Assembly: GCF_009914755.1 (NCBI RefSeq)
Contig: NC_060931.1
Direction: 5' to 3' (one strand)
Length of the DNA: 64,000 bases
DNA from: the human T2T-CHM13v2.0 reference genome, Homo sapiens
Notes under the pieces: generated by a model
What the model was told of the DNA's origin: nothing
Database searches by the model: none
What the model saw: the letters and a program-made list of their open reading frames with translations, nothing else
Shown: piece by piece, positions 15,303-29,099 of the stretch
How the letters are laid out: the number at the start of each line of letters is the position of its first letter
Position numbering within the stretch: position 1 is the stretch's first letter
Program-made: the position numbers and the translations under genes

Positions 15303-15552
15303 TATAACTGAATTTTTAAAAAATAATTTTTAGCTCTCTGACAACAAGGCTCCTCTCTCCTTTAACATGTATGTTAACCTTCATTTATTCAACTTTTGGT
15401 ATGATTCCCATATAAAAATAGGAGATTGTCTGTATCTATCAACTTCTTATGTTAATACAATTTATTCAAAAGATGGAAGGCAATTTATTTATTTGAAACA
15501 TCACTGATTACCTAATATACTTATATCAACAAACAAAATTACACATCTTCCT

Positions 15553-15809
15553 GGCTGGGCGCAGTGGCTCATGCCTGTAATCCCAGCACTTTGGGAGGCC
15601 AAGGCAGGCAGATCACCTGAGGTCGGGAGTTGGAGACCAGCCTGGCCAACATGGCAAAACCCCATAACTAATAAAAATACAAAAATTAGCTGGATCTCAG
15701 CTACTCAGGAGGCTGAGGCAGGAGAATCGCTTGAGCCCAGGAGGCAGAGGTTGCAGTCAGCCAAGATCATACCACTGCACTCCAGCCTGAGAGACAGAGT
15801 GAGACTCTG

Positions 15810-15840
<31 letters not shown>
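15553..15840 (+). mobile_element. AluS with a short internal deletion
   Basis: Right arm start shortened (TTAGCTGGATCTCAGCTACT); TSD AAAATTACA(C/T)ATCTTCCTG. Confidence 0.95.
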
Positions 15841-17949
15841 TTACATATCTTCCTGACAAAAAGAAACTTCCAATCTTGAGTGGAGATGATAAGTTCCAAA
15901 AATGGTTACCAAGTCTGTTATAAAACTCATGAACCCTTTTATTTCTTTGGAGTAAGAAATACAACAATTCAAACAGAAATTAATAATAACCTACAAGATT
16001 GTAATTGAATCCCCACATTTTTAGTTCTATTAGTTTTATTCGAATAGAGGATCCAAAATTTAAATTAAACCTTAATGGCATCAAAGCAGATACAGAGGGG
16101 TAAGACTTAAAATGCAAGCACATGTAAGGGTCTACTCGTTCAGCACAGACACTCCTGTTGAAATGTCAACAGAACACATGAATTGGTTCTCAGTAATTTC
16201 AAAGGCTTCTAGGAACCTAAGCAAAACCATGTGACTTCTCTTTCAGCTTCTGGCTCCCTTAAAGCTTCCAACCTTCCCTCAGCCACCCATCCCAGCATTT
16301 CATCCAAGGAAGCTATGCAGAAAAGTCAGTGCCAAAGTTTTCTCTTCCATAAAAATTTCACTGTATTTTGCAGGCCAACTACATGGTCAGTATTTGGAGA
16401 AAGAATAGAATTTTCTTGTTAAGGTAATTCCATTATGACTAATAGGTTCAGAGGGGCAATAAACTGAAATGAATATGTTCTGCAAAAGTATGTGGATAGA
16501 GGGTTCTTTCTGCCCCTCCTCTATTTCAGGCTGCAATGCATCCATTTCCATTAATAACTGGAATTTATTTATTTATGTATGTATTTATTTATTTATCTGA
16601 AGTTATTACAAGTGGTATAGCCCACTTCTGAACAGTTGGCAATTCAAATTTTAGGGAAAGACACATACTGCAAATTAAGAGGCCATCTATAGAATCTGAT
16701 TATCAACCAGTCTGTAGTTGTTATAATCCAAAATGACTGGCTAATAATGTTTTCTCTAGGGCATTTCTTCATCATCGACTATTAATACTTCTAAATCTCA
16801 GTGACAAAGACCTCTTCCCCAAGTTTATATTCATCTCAATGAAGATAAATCTGTATAGGACTAAAACTAAACAGATTCCTTAAATAATATCCAGTCTCTT
16901 CTTCTAACCTAACTTTTCATAATTGCTCTCTCCTTAGACTGCAGGGTTCCCATAACCTACTGCTCCTTTAATAGTTCCTTTTAATAACTGATCTGTTGTT
17001 AAGATTTGAAAAAATTAGGTCTCCCTGAATAAAATCATAATAAGTATATATACCGCTTATTATTTGTACTCTGTAGCTTTAGAGTTATTTTTTTAACCTA
17101 AAATGTAATTAGATTGTGTCTTACCACAAGACTAAACTTGGTCCAGGTAATTTTCACACAATCTGGTCTCTCTGTTCACAGCTTAAGTGATCAAAACTAA
17201 TTGGACCTAAATATCTGTAACAATACAAAAATGATATAATTGCATGCTATTTTCTATGTCTTCTCTTTTAAGTGACAAGAAAAAAAGGCATAGTGATTAC
17301 ACAAACAAAACACTTTTTAAAAACCTGGTATTGATTTATTTAAAGTAAATCTTGTGAATCAAAAAGAAGGACTAAAAATATATTAATTTTCAAATGAACA
17401 ATGTATTTTATTTTGAATCATAAGTGAAAATACATGTTACTTGTATGATATTTTATTGTTAGATTTGGCTAGTTTCCATTTCAAGACATTTAACATATAA
17501 AAATAGTATGTGTGCATGCTCATGTACATGTACATATATATTACATATGACAGAGAGGAAAATTTGAGTGACAAAAGTACTGACAAATTATAATTTTCAG
17601 AATTCCAGGACAAAAGAGCTCATAAGGACAAAACACGAGGCTCAAGTAATTAATAAAACAGTTCTGTGGCATTTTTTGTTTATGCTAATATCTTCCCAAA
17701 TGACACTTTGATGTGTGCCATCTTAATATATCCTGAAGAGCACACAGGCCTGTCTTCCTACTCCCAAGCTGTAGTCCAGCTCTGGAAGAAGCTAATGATC
17801 TTCACCATTACATGAAATTTACATTTTTTAAATTTAGAAACCAATTTAGGATCACAGATTCTAGAATTTTAGCGTTAGAAGCTTTTTATGTAATCTCATC
17901 TACCCCTTTTACATAGAAACCTTACTTATTAATTATTTTAATTTAATTT

Positions 17950-18190
<241 letters not shown>

Positions 18191-18222
18191 TAGTGTATTT
18201 CCACAGCAGCAGGTATATCATT

Positions 18223-18700
18223 TGGGTTTCCTTTAGCTGCAAGTAACTGAAAATCCAACTCAAATTGGTCTGATCATTAAGGAATTTACTAAACTGGAGA
18301 ACAAGGAAGTCCAGATGTAAAGTGTGATTCAGTGTTAGTTGACTGACCACCTCCACATCAGCATCAACTAATCAAGTCCTCCATAATTTAAAGGCTCCTC
18401 TTGTTCTCAGGAGACTCTGGTTTGGGGCCAGTGGAAAAGAGAGATTTTTCTTCCTCACACCACTACTGAAGAGACTTGAGCTTTGCATTGATAAGACTGC
18501 TCTTGAACCAGTTTTTCTAGACAACAGAAGACCATGTGTTAACCAACGGAATCTTGGGTTTTTATAAGAACCAGTCATTGTGTCGAGAGACGCAGTCCCA
18601 TGTCAGTAACTGGTCAGTGTCATCCAAACCAGATGGATGCTACACAAAGGAGAGGGGTGGACTCACTGTTCAAGAGACAGCCACAATGTCCACTACACAA
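18223..18700 (-). mobile_element. Old MaLR LTR (MLT1K/N-like)
   Basis: TTTAGCTGCAAGTAACTGAAAATCCAACTCAAATTGGTCT...AAGGAATTTA...GGAAGTCCAGA. Confidence 0.65.
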
Positions 18701-19277
18701 GACAATGTGGACATATAATTTTTTCACCCAAATTCTTACCAACTAACTGTCATTCCTTAGAAAGTGAATATTCTCAATTATATGGAGTTTCACATAGATT
18801 AAAAAGCAACATTATGCCAAAAAAATTCTGTCCTCTATAATATTTATAAAATTCAGAGTTATGCCTTGCCTTTCATTTTATCTGCACAAATATTTCTATT
18901 AAAAAATAGTTCAAAACACTGTAAGCATATAGCGGGATATGATAAAGATGCTATTTTTATAGAATTTGTATCAATGTTAAATGTAAGAATGAATATAAAT
19001 ATCAAATGTACGTGTCATTATGAACTTTCATTTAATAGCTAAAATGATTTATAAATTTAAAATATTATGTTTATTTAAAACTCTCTGATTCCATTCTAAA
19101 ATTGACAATTCCCCTTATAAATGTAATGTCATACATCCTGCAATAACTTAGGATGTTTTTCATGATAGCAATTTTGAAAATCTTTCATAATATTGTAAAT
19201 ATCAAGAAAACAAAGCAAAGAAAAAAAGAAAAAAGAAAGAAAAAAACTCCATGTGCCAAAGCTAAATCTAATCTGTT

Positions 19278-19596
<319 letters not shown>

Positions 19597-20689
19597 TTAT
19601 TGCAGTTATGTTCGGATCCACCGAGTGATCTAGGGAAGTTGGGGAATATCGGAATTGAAAATACCCAGTATGCTCCCAACAAGTTCCAGGGAGAAAAATC
19701 TATGTGAAAGTTGTAACTGATGCATCCTGATCCATGGGTTGACCCCTTTGAGACAGGTAAGAGCTGTGGGCAGGAAGGTTAGCAGGATTTGTGAGAAAAA
19801 CTCTTAGCAGAAGGAGGGCGTGTCTGATTTCCCAGTATACTTAACCTAAGTAATTATCCTATTTTCTTATATTTATAACTAGTTCATATACTGCCAACAA
19901 ATAAAATGATGTTTTCATAATTCCATTTTATTAAACAAAGTGTTGTGTAAATAAAATTGTAAAATGGGGAGGGGGGGAATCACAGAGGGTTATCTATAAA
20001 AATATCCAAAACAATAAAATTGATTCCTAAGTAAGAAGACATCTTTGAGGATATTTCTGATTTGTTTTCCTTTAGTTCAAATTTATTTTATGTGCGTGTG
20101 GCAGGGAGGGTGTGGGAAGGGGCACCTCAGGTACACCATGCACATTCCTACAATACATTACAAATTTAAACGCTGCAATTCGCCTAATATAAGAATCAAA
20201 TTAAATAAAACTGGTAATGCCATGGCAATGGTGACTATGCATTCAGAATTTTTCAAATATTTTTAACTTTATAATAGAACCTTCATTTAAACATCTGAAT
20301 CGAGAGACAGATTTTGTTTCCCACGCTCCTTACAATGTATTATAAGAAATCTGCTACTACAATTGTATTTTGACCATATTAGACCTTCCCTGAAGAATAC
20401 CAATCTAACTGCGGCTATTAAAAAAAAAAATTGAAGTTAAAAAAATTTCATTTCAGAAAATAGTGTACCTATCTTTTCCATTCTGTGTTCCAGAATTCAA
20501 CCTGAGTTTTCTCAAATTGTTGTTTTATGAGACATTTACAAAGCTGTCTTCCACAAAGTTTCCTTCTAACATTAGAAGAAGACAACTCAATGCTTATTAT
20601 ATGCAAGGCTGGGCAGGTGAACAGTGAAAAGATAAGCCAGGAAGGATCCAGCATCTAAATAGCTTATGATTTTATAGAACTTTAAAATT

Positions 20690-21560
20690 TACAAAAAAGC
20701 ATAGATATTTATTCAAGTATTAAAACATATAATCAAATAGCATAAATGTTGATAGAGTTCCTAACAAGCAATTTCATATGGAGATTAAAACATTAATGGA
20801 GAATTTTAAGTGAACGGTATCTGTGAAAATGGAGAGCAAGTTCTAAGGACTTAGGAGTAAAAATGATATGGTCTTGGAAGAAGATGATAGGAGGAAGATT
20901 CTTATATACTAACAATCACCATAAAGAATCTCTATTTTTTTTTAGTAACATAAGGTCACACATGGACTTTGGGACATTAAATTGCATAAGGGAAAAATAG
21001 CATTAATGCATGTAACTAGTACAATAATGCAAAAACTAATGAAACAGAGCTGAACATCTAGAAACAAATTAGCAGATATATAATTTTTTAAATAAATGAG
21101 AACATGATTCTAGAATGATCACTTAACTATTTGGAAAGAAAAATAAAAAGATGCCCACCTTGCAGCATGTAAGCCCATTCATATAGATTAAGAGGTTAAA
21201 CATGAGGGGAAATAAATCAGAAAACAATGAAAGCATAAATTAAAAGAAAAGGAAACAGCTCAAGTTAGAGATGGTCTGTTTAAGCAAAACTTCAAATATA
21301 GAAACTGCAAAGAACTGGGTGTAGTGGTGTGCACCTGTAGTCCCAGATACTAGAGAGGCTGAGGCAGGAAGATCACTTGAGGCAGGAGGTAGAGGCTCTA
21401 CTGTGCTATGATAACCACTGTACTCCAGCCTGGGCAACATAAGAGCCTTCTCCAAAAAAAAAAAGAAAAAAAAGAAAAAGGAAAAAAACTATAAAGAAAA
21501 AGGTAAATCTACACAAATTTAAAAATAAAAGATAAAAGCAAACTGAAATAAATATGAGCA
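20690..21560 (+). mobile_element. Highly degenerate L1M ORF2 fragment
   Basis: A-rich, with L1-like AACTATTTGGAAAGAAAA...ATAGATTAAGAGGTTAAA. Confidence 0.45.
21315..21480 (+). mobile_element. FRAM/FAM Alu monomer
   Basis: Single arm CTGGGTGTAGTGGTGTGCACCTGTAGTCCCAG...CTCCAGCCTGGGCAACATA plus A-rich tail. Confidence 0.85.
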
Positions 21561-21702
21561 TCACGTATCTTGTATCTCCAAGGGCGAGACCATGCAGGTT
21601 AATGTAGAAACTGGCTTAGAGGTTTAACTGATACATTAAAAAACCACTGGAGTTTGCCCAGGTATTTACTATTTTCCCTCTTGTTGTGAGGGTTAATACA
21701 GT

Positions 21703-22079
21703 TGTCTTAGTCCATTCAGGCTGCTGTAACAAAATACCCTAGACTGAGTCATTTATAAACAAAGAAATTTATTTCTCAGTTCTGAAGGCTGGCAAGTTCA
21801 AGACCAAGGCACCAGTACATTCAGTGTCTGATGAGGGCTTGCTCTCTGCTTCAAAGATGGCACCTAGTTACTGAGTCCTCACATGGCAGGAGGAGCTGAA
21901 GAGCAAGGAAGGTAAACTCTCTCCTTCAAGCCCTTCTGTACAGCGCTAATGGCAACCAGGAGAGCAGAGCCCTCATGACCTTATTACCTGTGAGAGGCCT
22001 CACCTCATAATACCATCACCTTGAGGGTTAAGTTCCAATATAGGAGTTGTGGAGAAACATCAACATTCAGGCCATAGGA
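21703..22079 (-). mobile_element. MLT1A-like solo LTR
   Basis: Starts TGTCTTAGTCCATTCAGGCTGCTGTAACAAAATACC and ends AACATTCAGGCCATAG; TSD ACAGT/ATAGT. Confidence 0.85.
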
Positions 22080-22117
22080 ATAGTATATATGTGGCTTGGG
22101 TTGTCTTTGTAATGTAC

Positions 22118-22607
22118 GTAAGACCCTGAGAGGTCCAGCCCTTCAGAACTTAACAAAACTCAAATTTTTACGCATCCATTTTTTGTTTAAATAGCCCCAA
22201 CAAACAGATTTTTAGCCACACAGGAGACTGCCTCCTTTGTGTATTCCTTAAAACTCCACCCACATCTACTAGCAATAGATCAAATAAGCCCGGGGCGATG
22301 AAAATCCCAAGGCCCTGCTGCCATGCAGAGCTCTTTGATCCACAACCACCCCCAGTGCTGCTTAATCACTGCACATAGACATGTAAGCCTCCTCTCTGAT
22401 TCCCCTCTTCCCAGGAGCTCCCCTTGCCCTCCTCCTCTTCTCGATGGTGGTCATGGCCATAAGCTTCCAGATGGCTTCATGCTGTGAGAGACTTCCTCGC
22501 TCTTGCATTCCTGTTCAAGGGCTGCCCAATAAAACCTGTTTTGTGGTAATGCCTCTCATGGTCATATCTTTCCTCAATCAGGCCCCAAATCCTTTGAACC
22601 CCCTACA
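22118..22607 (+). mobile_element. ERV1-type solo LTR (MER90-like; family uncertain)
   Basis: About 490 bp with higher GC, AATAAA at 22528, ends CCCCAAATCCTTTGAACCCCCTACA. Confidence 0.55.
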
Positions 22608-23103
22608 CAGCCCAACCCTGTGCAATCCTGCAGTCCTAGCCAAGGTACCTTTCCCAGACTGAAAAGTGTCATGATATGCAGTACGTACTCTTGAAATAGT
22701 TATTCCCTTATTTACTTATAACATATAAGTAACTCTGAAATTCTTCAGCTCTTAAATGAAGTACGTAACTGTTATAAAAAAAGTAAATGCTGAGCAGGGG
22801 GTGATAAGGAGGTGTCAGGGCAGTACTATCCATATATTATGGTAGCTTTGGGTTGCAGCACATTGGCTGGATCCACTATGATTAGTGGACTATATGTAAC
22901 ATTTTAAAATTGAACCCTTTGAAGAGTAAATGTGAGTAGCATATATGAACGCATGGGACAGGACTTTTCCTGGTAAACTGGAACATATGGTTACCCTAAT
23001 TATTTTGACAATGACATATTTAAAAACTTGATACTGGAGGCCATGGGACCCTCTATGAAAAACACAGGTTATGAAGACTCTTTCCTACTTGGTGATGTCT
23101 TAC

Positions 23104-23128
23104 GTTAAAGTACGCAACACTGGCACAG
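23104..23128 (-). other. Candidate 25-nt microexon
   Basis: Minus strand: gtgcatacccccaactgtattttatcag|CTGTGCCAGTGTTGCGTACTTTAAC|gtaaga. Confidence 0.25.
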
Positions 23129-25048
23129 CTGATAAAATACAGTTGGGGGTATGCACATGAATGAATCATTCTATTATTTGTAGATCAATGATTAAAAAGC
23201 CACAGATGGATTCCAGTGAATTACTCCTGAGGAACTGAAAGCATTTTCTTGGGCTATCCAATGGCAATATTTGTTGTTCTCCTTTTCCCTTGTCTCTTCT
23301 TCCTCTCTGTCTCTGCTCTGCCACGCCCCCTTGTAATACACCACTGTTTCGTACTTTTTCTCCTTTTTTTCCTTCTCTCCCATATCTGCTTATTTAACAT
23401 TTGTGTGTCTGCCAGTAGCTTTTATAGATATTACTTGCTATCTAGGGGCTTTAATCACCTAGACAGCAACATAAAGTTGTTTTGGAAGAAAGGGTCCCAA
23501 GCGATTGAGAAACACCCTTTCTCTGGGAAGTCTGTTTTTCCTGTCTTATCACTGTCCCTGTTGGTGCTTGTCCTCTGCTCTCTTACCCTCATACTCGCTA
23601 TTTTTCTTGCTGAAAAAGAAACAGATTTATAATCACTCGCAGGAAACTCTGATTCTCACATATTTACTAAAACACACACACACCCCAAAACTACCTACTC
23701 AAAATAATTTTAAAACTCATTGAAATGGACACAAGGTTTATCCAGGCAAAAACAGATATACAAGTATCTTATAGCTTTTTATAATCTAAGCAAAATACAA
23801 AGTTGTACAATCTTTCCAAAGTGATTTTCTGAAGTCCTGTTTCTAGCTTGGTTCATTGTCCTAAGTTTCCCTACTTTCATATTCTGAGGCAGACACTGAT
23901 TATTGACGTAGCAAAGCCTGGTGGGAGAAGGCAGATTAGATCATGTCTCAATACCTCATCTGGTCTTAAAAAGCTTTAGTTTATTCTCACACAAAAAAAG
24001 AAAGAAAGCAAAAAGAAAAATGTTTTATTTTCTTTTTTTTAATCACCAATTGGTTTTTGCTTCTTTAGCCAAGTTACTTTGTCCCCATGCCTATTTAAGT
24101 GTGTGGAGATTTTTCCCCCCATTTACAAAGATGAAATAGACTCCATGGGCTGCTTGGAACACATTTAACTTATCTATAGGTTTCAAAAGCACAGCAGGTC
24201 CAGGGCATGAAAAAGGCAGGCAGGTGCTCTTTGCATCCTGCACCATTTAACAAGCACGCACAGATTTAAAGAGTAATTTCTTCTCTTCTCAATCATCAGC
24301 TGATCTAATTTATAGTTCATTTATTATTAATTATCACTGTCTTCACATTCTTTTTAATCATATATGTCTCCAACCAAGGGTAATGACAATTAGCGCCAAT
24401 GTATTATTTTTCCTTTTCCTGTAGAATTCCAGTAAGTAACTTCAAGTCTAATTGCACAGTCCCTGACATACAAATATATTAGCATGTGGTAAATCTAGCT
24501 TAGACTTTTGGCTTCTTCTTTTCTTTCTTTTTTTTTTTTAATACACTAGAGTCCCTTGTTTATTTCCAAAAACAAATTTCTTAGTAACTTAAATTATATT
24601 TAGGCAGGCAGTTTTAGCAATAAGGTCACTGGCCTCAAGGATGGATGTTATCCTTGGCTGGGATGTTCTGGAGAAATAACCACATTGAATTCTATTATAT
24701 CTCCTCCCACATGCACCCCAATGCACAGTTGTGTTTGTTTTCCATTTTCTTTCTCATACACAACATCTGTCCTATATGCTTCACTGCACTGTTTTTTAGT
24801 GAAGAAAATGCAGCTGAGAAAGGAAATGAATATCAAATTCAGAGCTCCCAGGAGAGGTGACCCAAATTCTCAAATGATAGCATTATGATGCACTTTCTAC
24901 TTTCAGATCTGGGATACCATAGTATGATTCCTTAATGATTTAAATGTCATGTACTTTGGCAAGCTCTCTCTGACAACCCTTTTAAAAATGATGCAGACAA
25001 TTAAAATAATGAGAGAACAAATTATCAGCCATCTAACAACAAACATAA

Positions 25049-25404
<356 letters not shown>

Positions 25405-25684
25405 CCAAGTTTTTTATATAAAGGTCTTCAAGTGCCATAGAGTAAACTTTCCTGCAATTCTCTTCTTAGCATCCATTCCAGTATTAAAACTTGTTTTGTT
25501 TTTCAGTATTTCTTAAAAGATGTTATTATTTGTGACTCCCTTTTATCCTACCCTTGTCCTCTAAAAGTTATATTATGAATAATTTTAATAAAATTACAGG
25601 AAGAGAAGATTGTTTGGGGCAGTTAAGGTAACTGAAGGGACTATAGAAGGAGCACTCACATTAAAAGATGTATTATTTTGCTTC

Positions 25685-25687
<3 letters not shown>

Positions 25688-25718
<31 letters not shown>
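25688..25718. repeat. (CA)n microsatellite
   Basis: About 15 CA units. Confidence 0.95.
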
Positions 25719-25719
<1 letters not shown>

Positions 25720-27337
25720 TTGAATGCTTAGCTTCTTTTAACAAAGAGTTATTGAATTGATACATTCTGTTGAGTCATCCAGGCAGACTAAAAATTATTC
25801 CTGCTAAAATATTTGTATCTCACAAGGCATACTTGTCTCTGAAGACACTGATTTAATATTCCATATCTGTAAGGAATCTGATGCTAATTGAGCAGGTTTT
25901 CTTCTAGTATTAATTTTAATTATTTAGAACAGCATGAAGCTCTTCGTAATTTCCCACCTGACAACTGGGACCCAAAAGAACAGCTGCCTATGGTTTTATG
26001 CTCCTATGAGCATACTGGATATCAGAGTCAATAAGTTTAGGCATGAATTCTCTGTGTGTTCCATTGAGGTTGTGAAAATCAAGCCTTTTGGAGGAGTTCA
26101 GAGGAAACCTGCAACTGAGAATGATGTCCATGCCACTGTGCAAAGTGTTATGACAGTCATAGATCTCAAAGGAGCTACAGGAAGCGAGGCTCCCTGCTGT
26201 AATGAACGCAGCCCATAGTTAAATAATAAATCACAGTCATGTATCTAGTCTGCAACAGCCACTACCTATCAGAAAGTCACCATGACCACATAGTGCAAAT
26301 ATTTAGTTCCACACAGTTATAAATCTGGATGGGATCCAAATAAAGTAGTTATCTATTTGTCCTTTATAAAACAGAAAATGAATGCTATTTGTTTATGGTG
26401 AATTGAAAGTCAAAATATTTGAATTTATCAAATGCAAAAAAGTACAATAAGACCTAGTCATATACCTCCACATTTAAATATACCCCCCAGCATGACTTTA
26501 AGAATCAAGTATCCAACATATACATAATTTAGTACAAACATCTTTTGACACCTCACATTTTTTTCTTTTGCAAAAGAACAAAAGGCTTCTTGTACAAACA
26601 CACACCATTGTATCTGCTCTCAGATATGCCAATTCGCAATACAATGAACAAGATGAATTATTCATTTGACAACTGAAATTGTTTGTGGACGTAAGTTTGC
26701 AGAGGCCTAGAATAAAAAGGTAGGTAAAAATGGGACTAGAATTGAACACAGTAAAAAGGCATTAACCATTCCAAATAATTTAACCAACTACATAATTAAT
26801 TTCTAACTTCAAGGTATGATAAAGGTCTTTCATTAAAAAATTAAATATGACTCTCACTGACTTAAGGCATAGAGGGAAAAAACACCATTTAACCTAACAG
26901 AGCTCAAACACAGTTCATTTATCTTGAATCTCTATCAACAAATACTTGGCTCTGAAACCTCACTCATCTTTGAGAAAACTCTAATATTTACGGCCTTTTT
27001 AAACGTGACTGAAAAGGGAGGAACTTGTCTTTCTAATGTTTATATCCCTAGTAGTTGGCAGAGTGCTTGGCATATGCCAGTGATCAGTAAATATTGTTGA
27101 ATGAATAACCTTATCAATGGCACCAGGTATAGGGACATGACATACTGTCCCCAAGACAAGTATTTTCCACTGAAAAGACTGCCTCATCTTACCCTTAACT
27201 TTTTTGTTGCTGTTGTTCACTTAAAGTAGAACCTACATTACTGTTGTGATTTCTGAAGTTCAAGCTGAAGGCTCTTTAGAACAAATTAAAGCAGAGAGAG
27301 GCTAGAAGTTGAAATATCATTTCAGAAGTTGTTCCTA

Positions 27338-27417
27338 TTAGGTTGGTGCAAAAGTAATTGCGGTTTTTGCCATTACTTTTAATAGCAAAAACCACAGTTA
27401 TGTTTGCACCAACCTAA
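27338..27417. mobile_element. MADE1 (Hsmar1-derived mariner MITE)
   Basis: 80 bp, TTAGGTTGGTGCAAAAGTAATTGCGGTTTTTGCC...TTTGCACCAACCTAA; long TIRs; TA TSD on both sides. Confidence 0.95.
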
Positions 27418-27809
27418 TATATTCCAGGTAAGAGTTAATGAAGTTCTGAACTAAGCGAAAGGAAGACTAAAGGACAGAGGCAAGCATAATACAGGAAAAA
27501 TCAAAAGGATGCCTCAAATATTTTCATGAGGAGGTAAAGGAGGAGGAGGCATTAATTGTTGTTATTTTAATTTTAGGTTATGGCAAAAATAGACAATTCG
27601 ACAAGGAAACAGGTACATCTTTCAGCAGTAATATACTAAGTTGAAATAAGCACAAACCTAGACAAGACGTAAGAGTCCAAGCTAATCTTTGAGGGTAACA
27701 CATTGTTTTATATAAGAAAGCAATATAAATTCATTTCCAATTGCAAACAGTTTCATTTTATTTTTTATTAAATCATATTTTCCCCATATAATATAGGTGT
27801 TCAATTTAA

Positions 27810-28151
<342 letters not shown>

Positions 28152-28224
28152 TGAAAGCATTATTTTTAAAAAGCCTGCCACCTTCCCCACTCTTAATTCA
28201 CTTCTAGAGCCAGTCATTTTCTAC

Positions 28225-29063
28225 TTTCTTTTCTTTTTTTTTTTTTCCTTTGAGACAGGGTCTGGCTCTGTTGCCCAAGATGGAGTACAGTGGTGCAATC
28301 ACACCTCACTGCAGCCTCAAACTCCTGGGCTTAATGGATCCTCCCACCTCATCCTCCAAACCCCATCCCCTACTATCTGGGACTACAAGTGCAGGCCACT
28401 TGTACATATAATTCTATATCGATATAGAATTATAATTCTATATCGATATAGAATTCTATATCTATAAAATTCTATATTATATATTTAAAATATTCTATAT
28501 ATAATATATATACTATATAGAATATAGTGTATATATAATTCCTTTATATATAGTATATATAATATATAAATATACATCTATTTAGATATATAGATATCTT
28601 TATACATCTATTTAGATATATAGATATCTTTATACATCTATATCTATCTACATCTACACTAGATATATAATATCTAGATATATAATATATAAAATATATA
28701 TTTTTATTATATATATTAAATATATAATATATAAAAATATATTATATATATTTTTATATATAGATAGATCTATATATAGATAGATCTATATATGTGATAT
28801 ATAGATATATATAAATATATATATTTATATTTATATATACTAGATATATAATATATAAAAAATATATATAAAATCTATATTTTTATATCTATCTGTGTGT
28901 GTGTGTGCATATATATATATATTTTTTTCTTTTTTTTCTTTTTGTAGAGACGTGGTCTCACTATGTTGCCCAGGCTGGTCTCAAATTCCTGGGCTCTGGT
29001 GATCCTTCTGCCTCAACCTCCCAAAGTGCTGAGATTACAGGCGTGAGCCACTGCACCCAGCCC
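28225..29063 (-). mobile_element. AluJ split by about 520 bp of AT-rich sequence at its central linker
   Basis: Right arm 28225-28400, left arm about 28940-29063. Confidence 0.85.
28401..28921. repeat. (TA)-rich low-complexity block with palindromes and a 30-bp tandem
   Basis: ATTCTATATCGATATAGAAT x2; TATACATCTATTTAGATATATAGATATCTT x2 (28571-28630). Confidence 0.9.
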
Positions 29064-29099
29064 AGAGCTAAATGTTTTCAGTTATGTTAGCTATTTTTG

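Noticed and set aside
23249-23632. 127-aa hydrophobic ORF
   Set aside because: Non-ATG start; hydrophobicity is a by-product of T/C-rich low-complexity DNA
24425-24431. Plus-strand 7-nt microexon-like motif (ttttcctgtag|AATTCCA|gtaagt); similar tiny AG..GT pairs near 2103, 51816, 55289 and 57488
   Set aside because: Opposite the presumed host strand or weak acceptors; they show such pairs arise by chance, which also tempers the reported microexons
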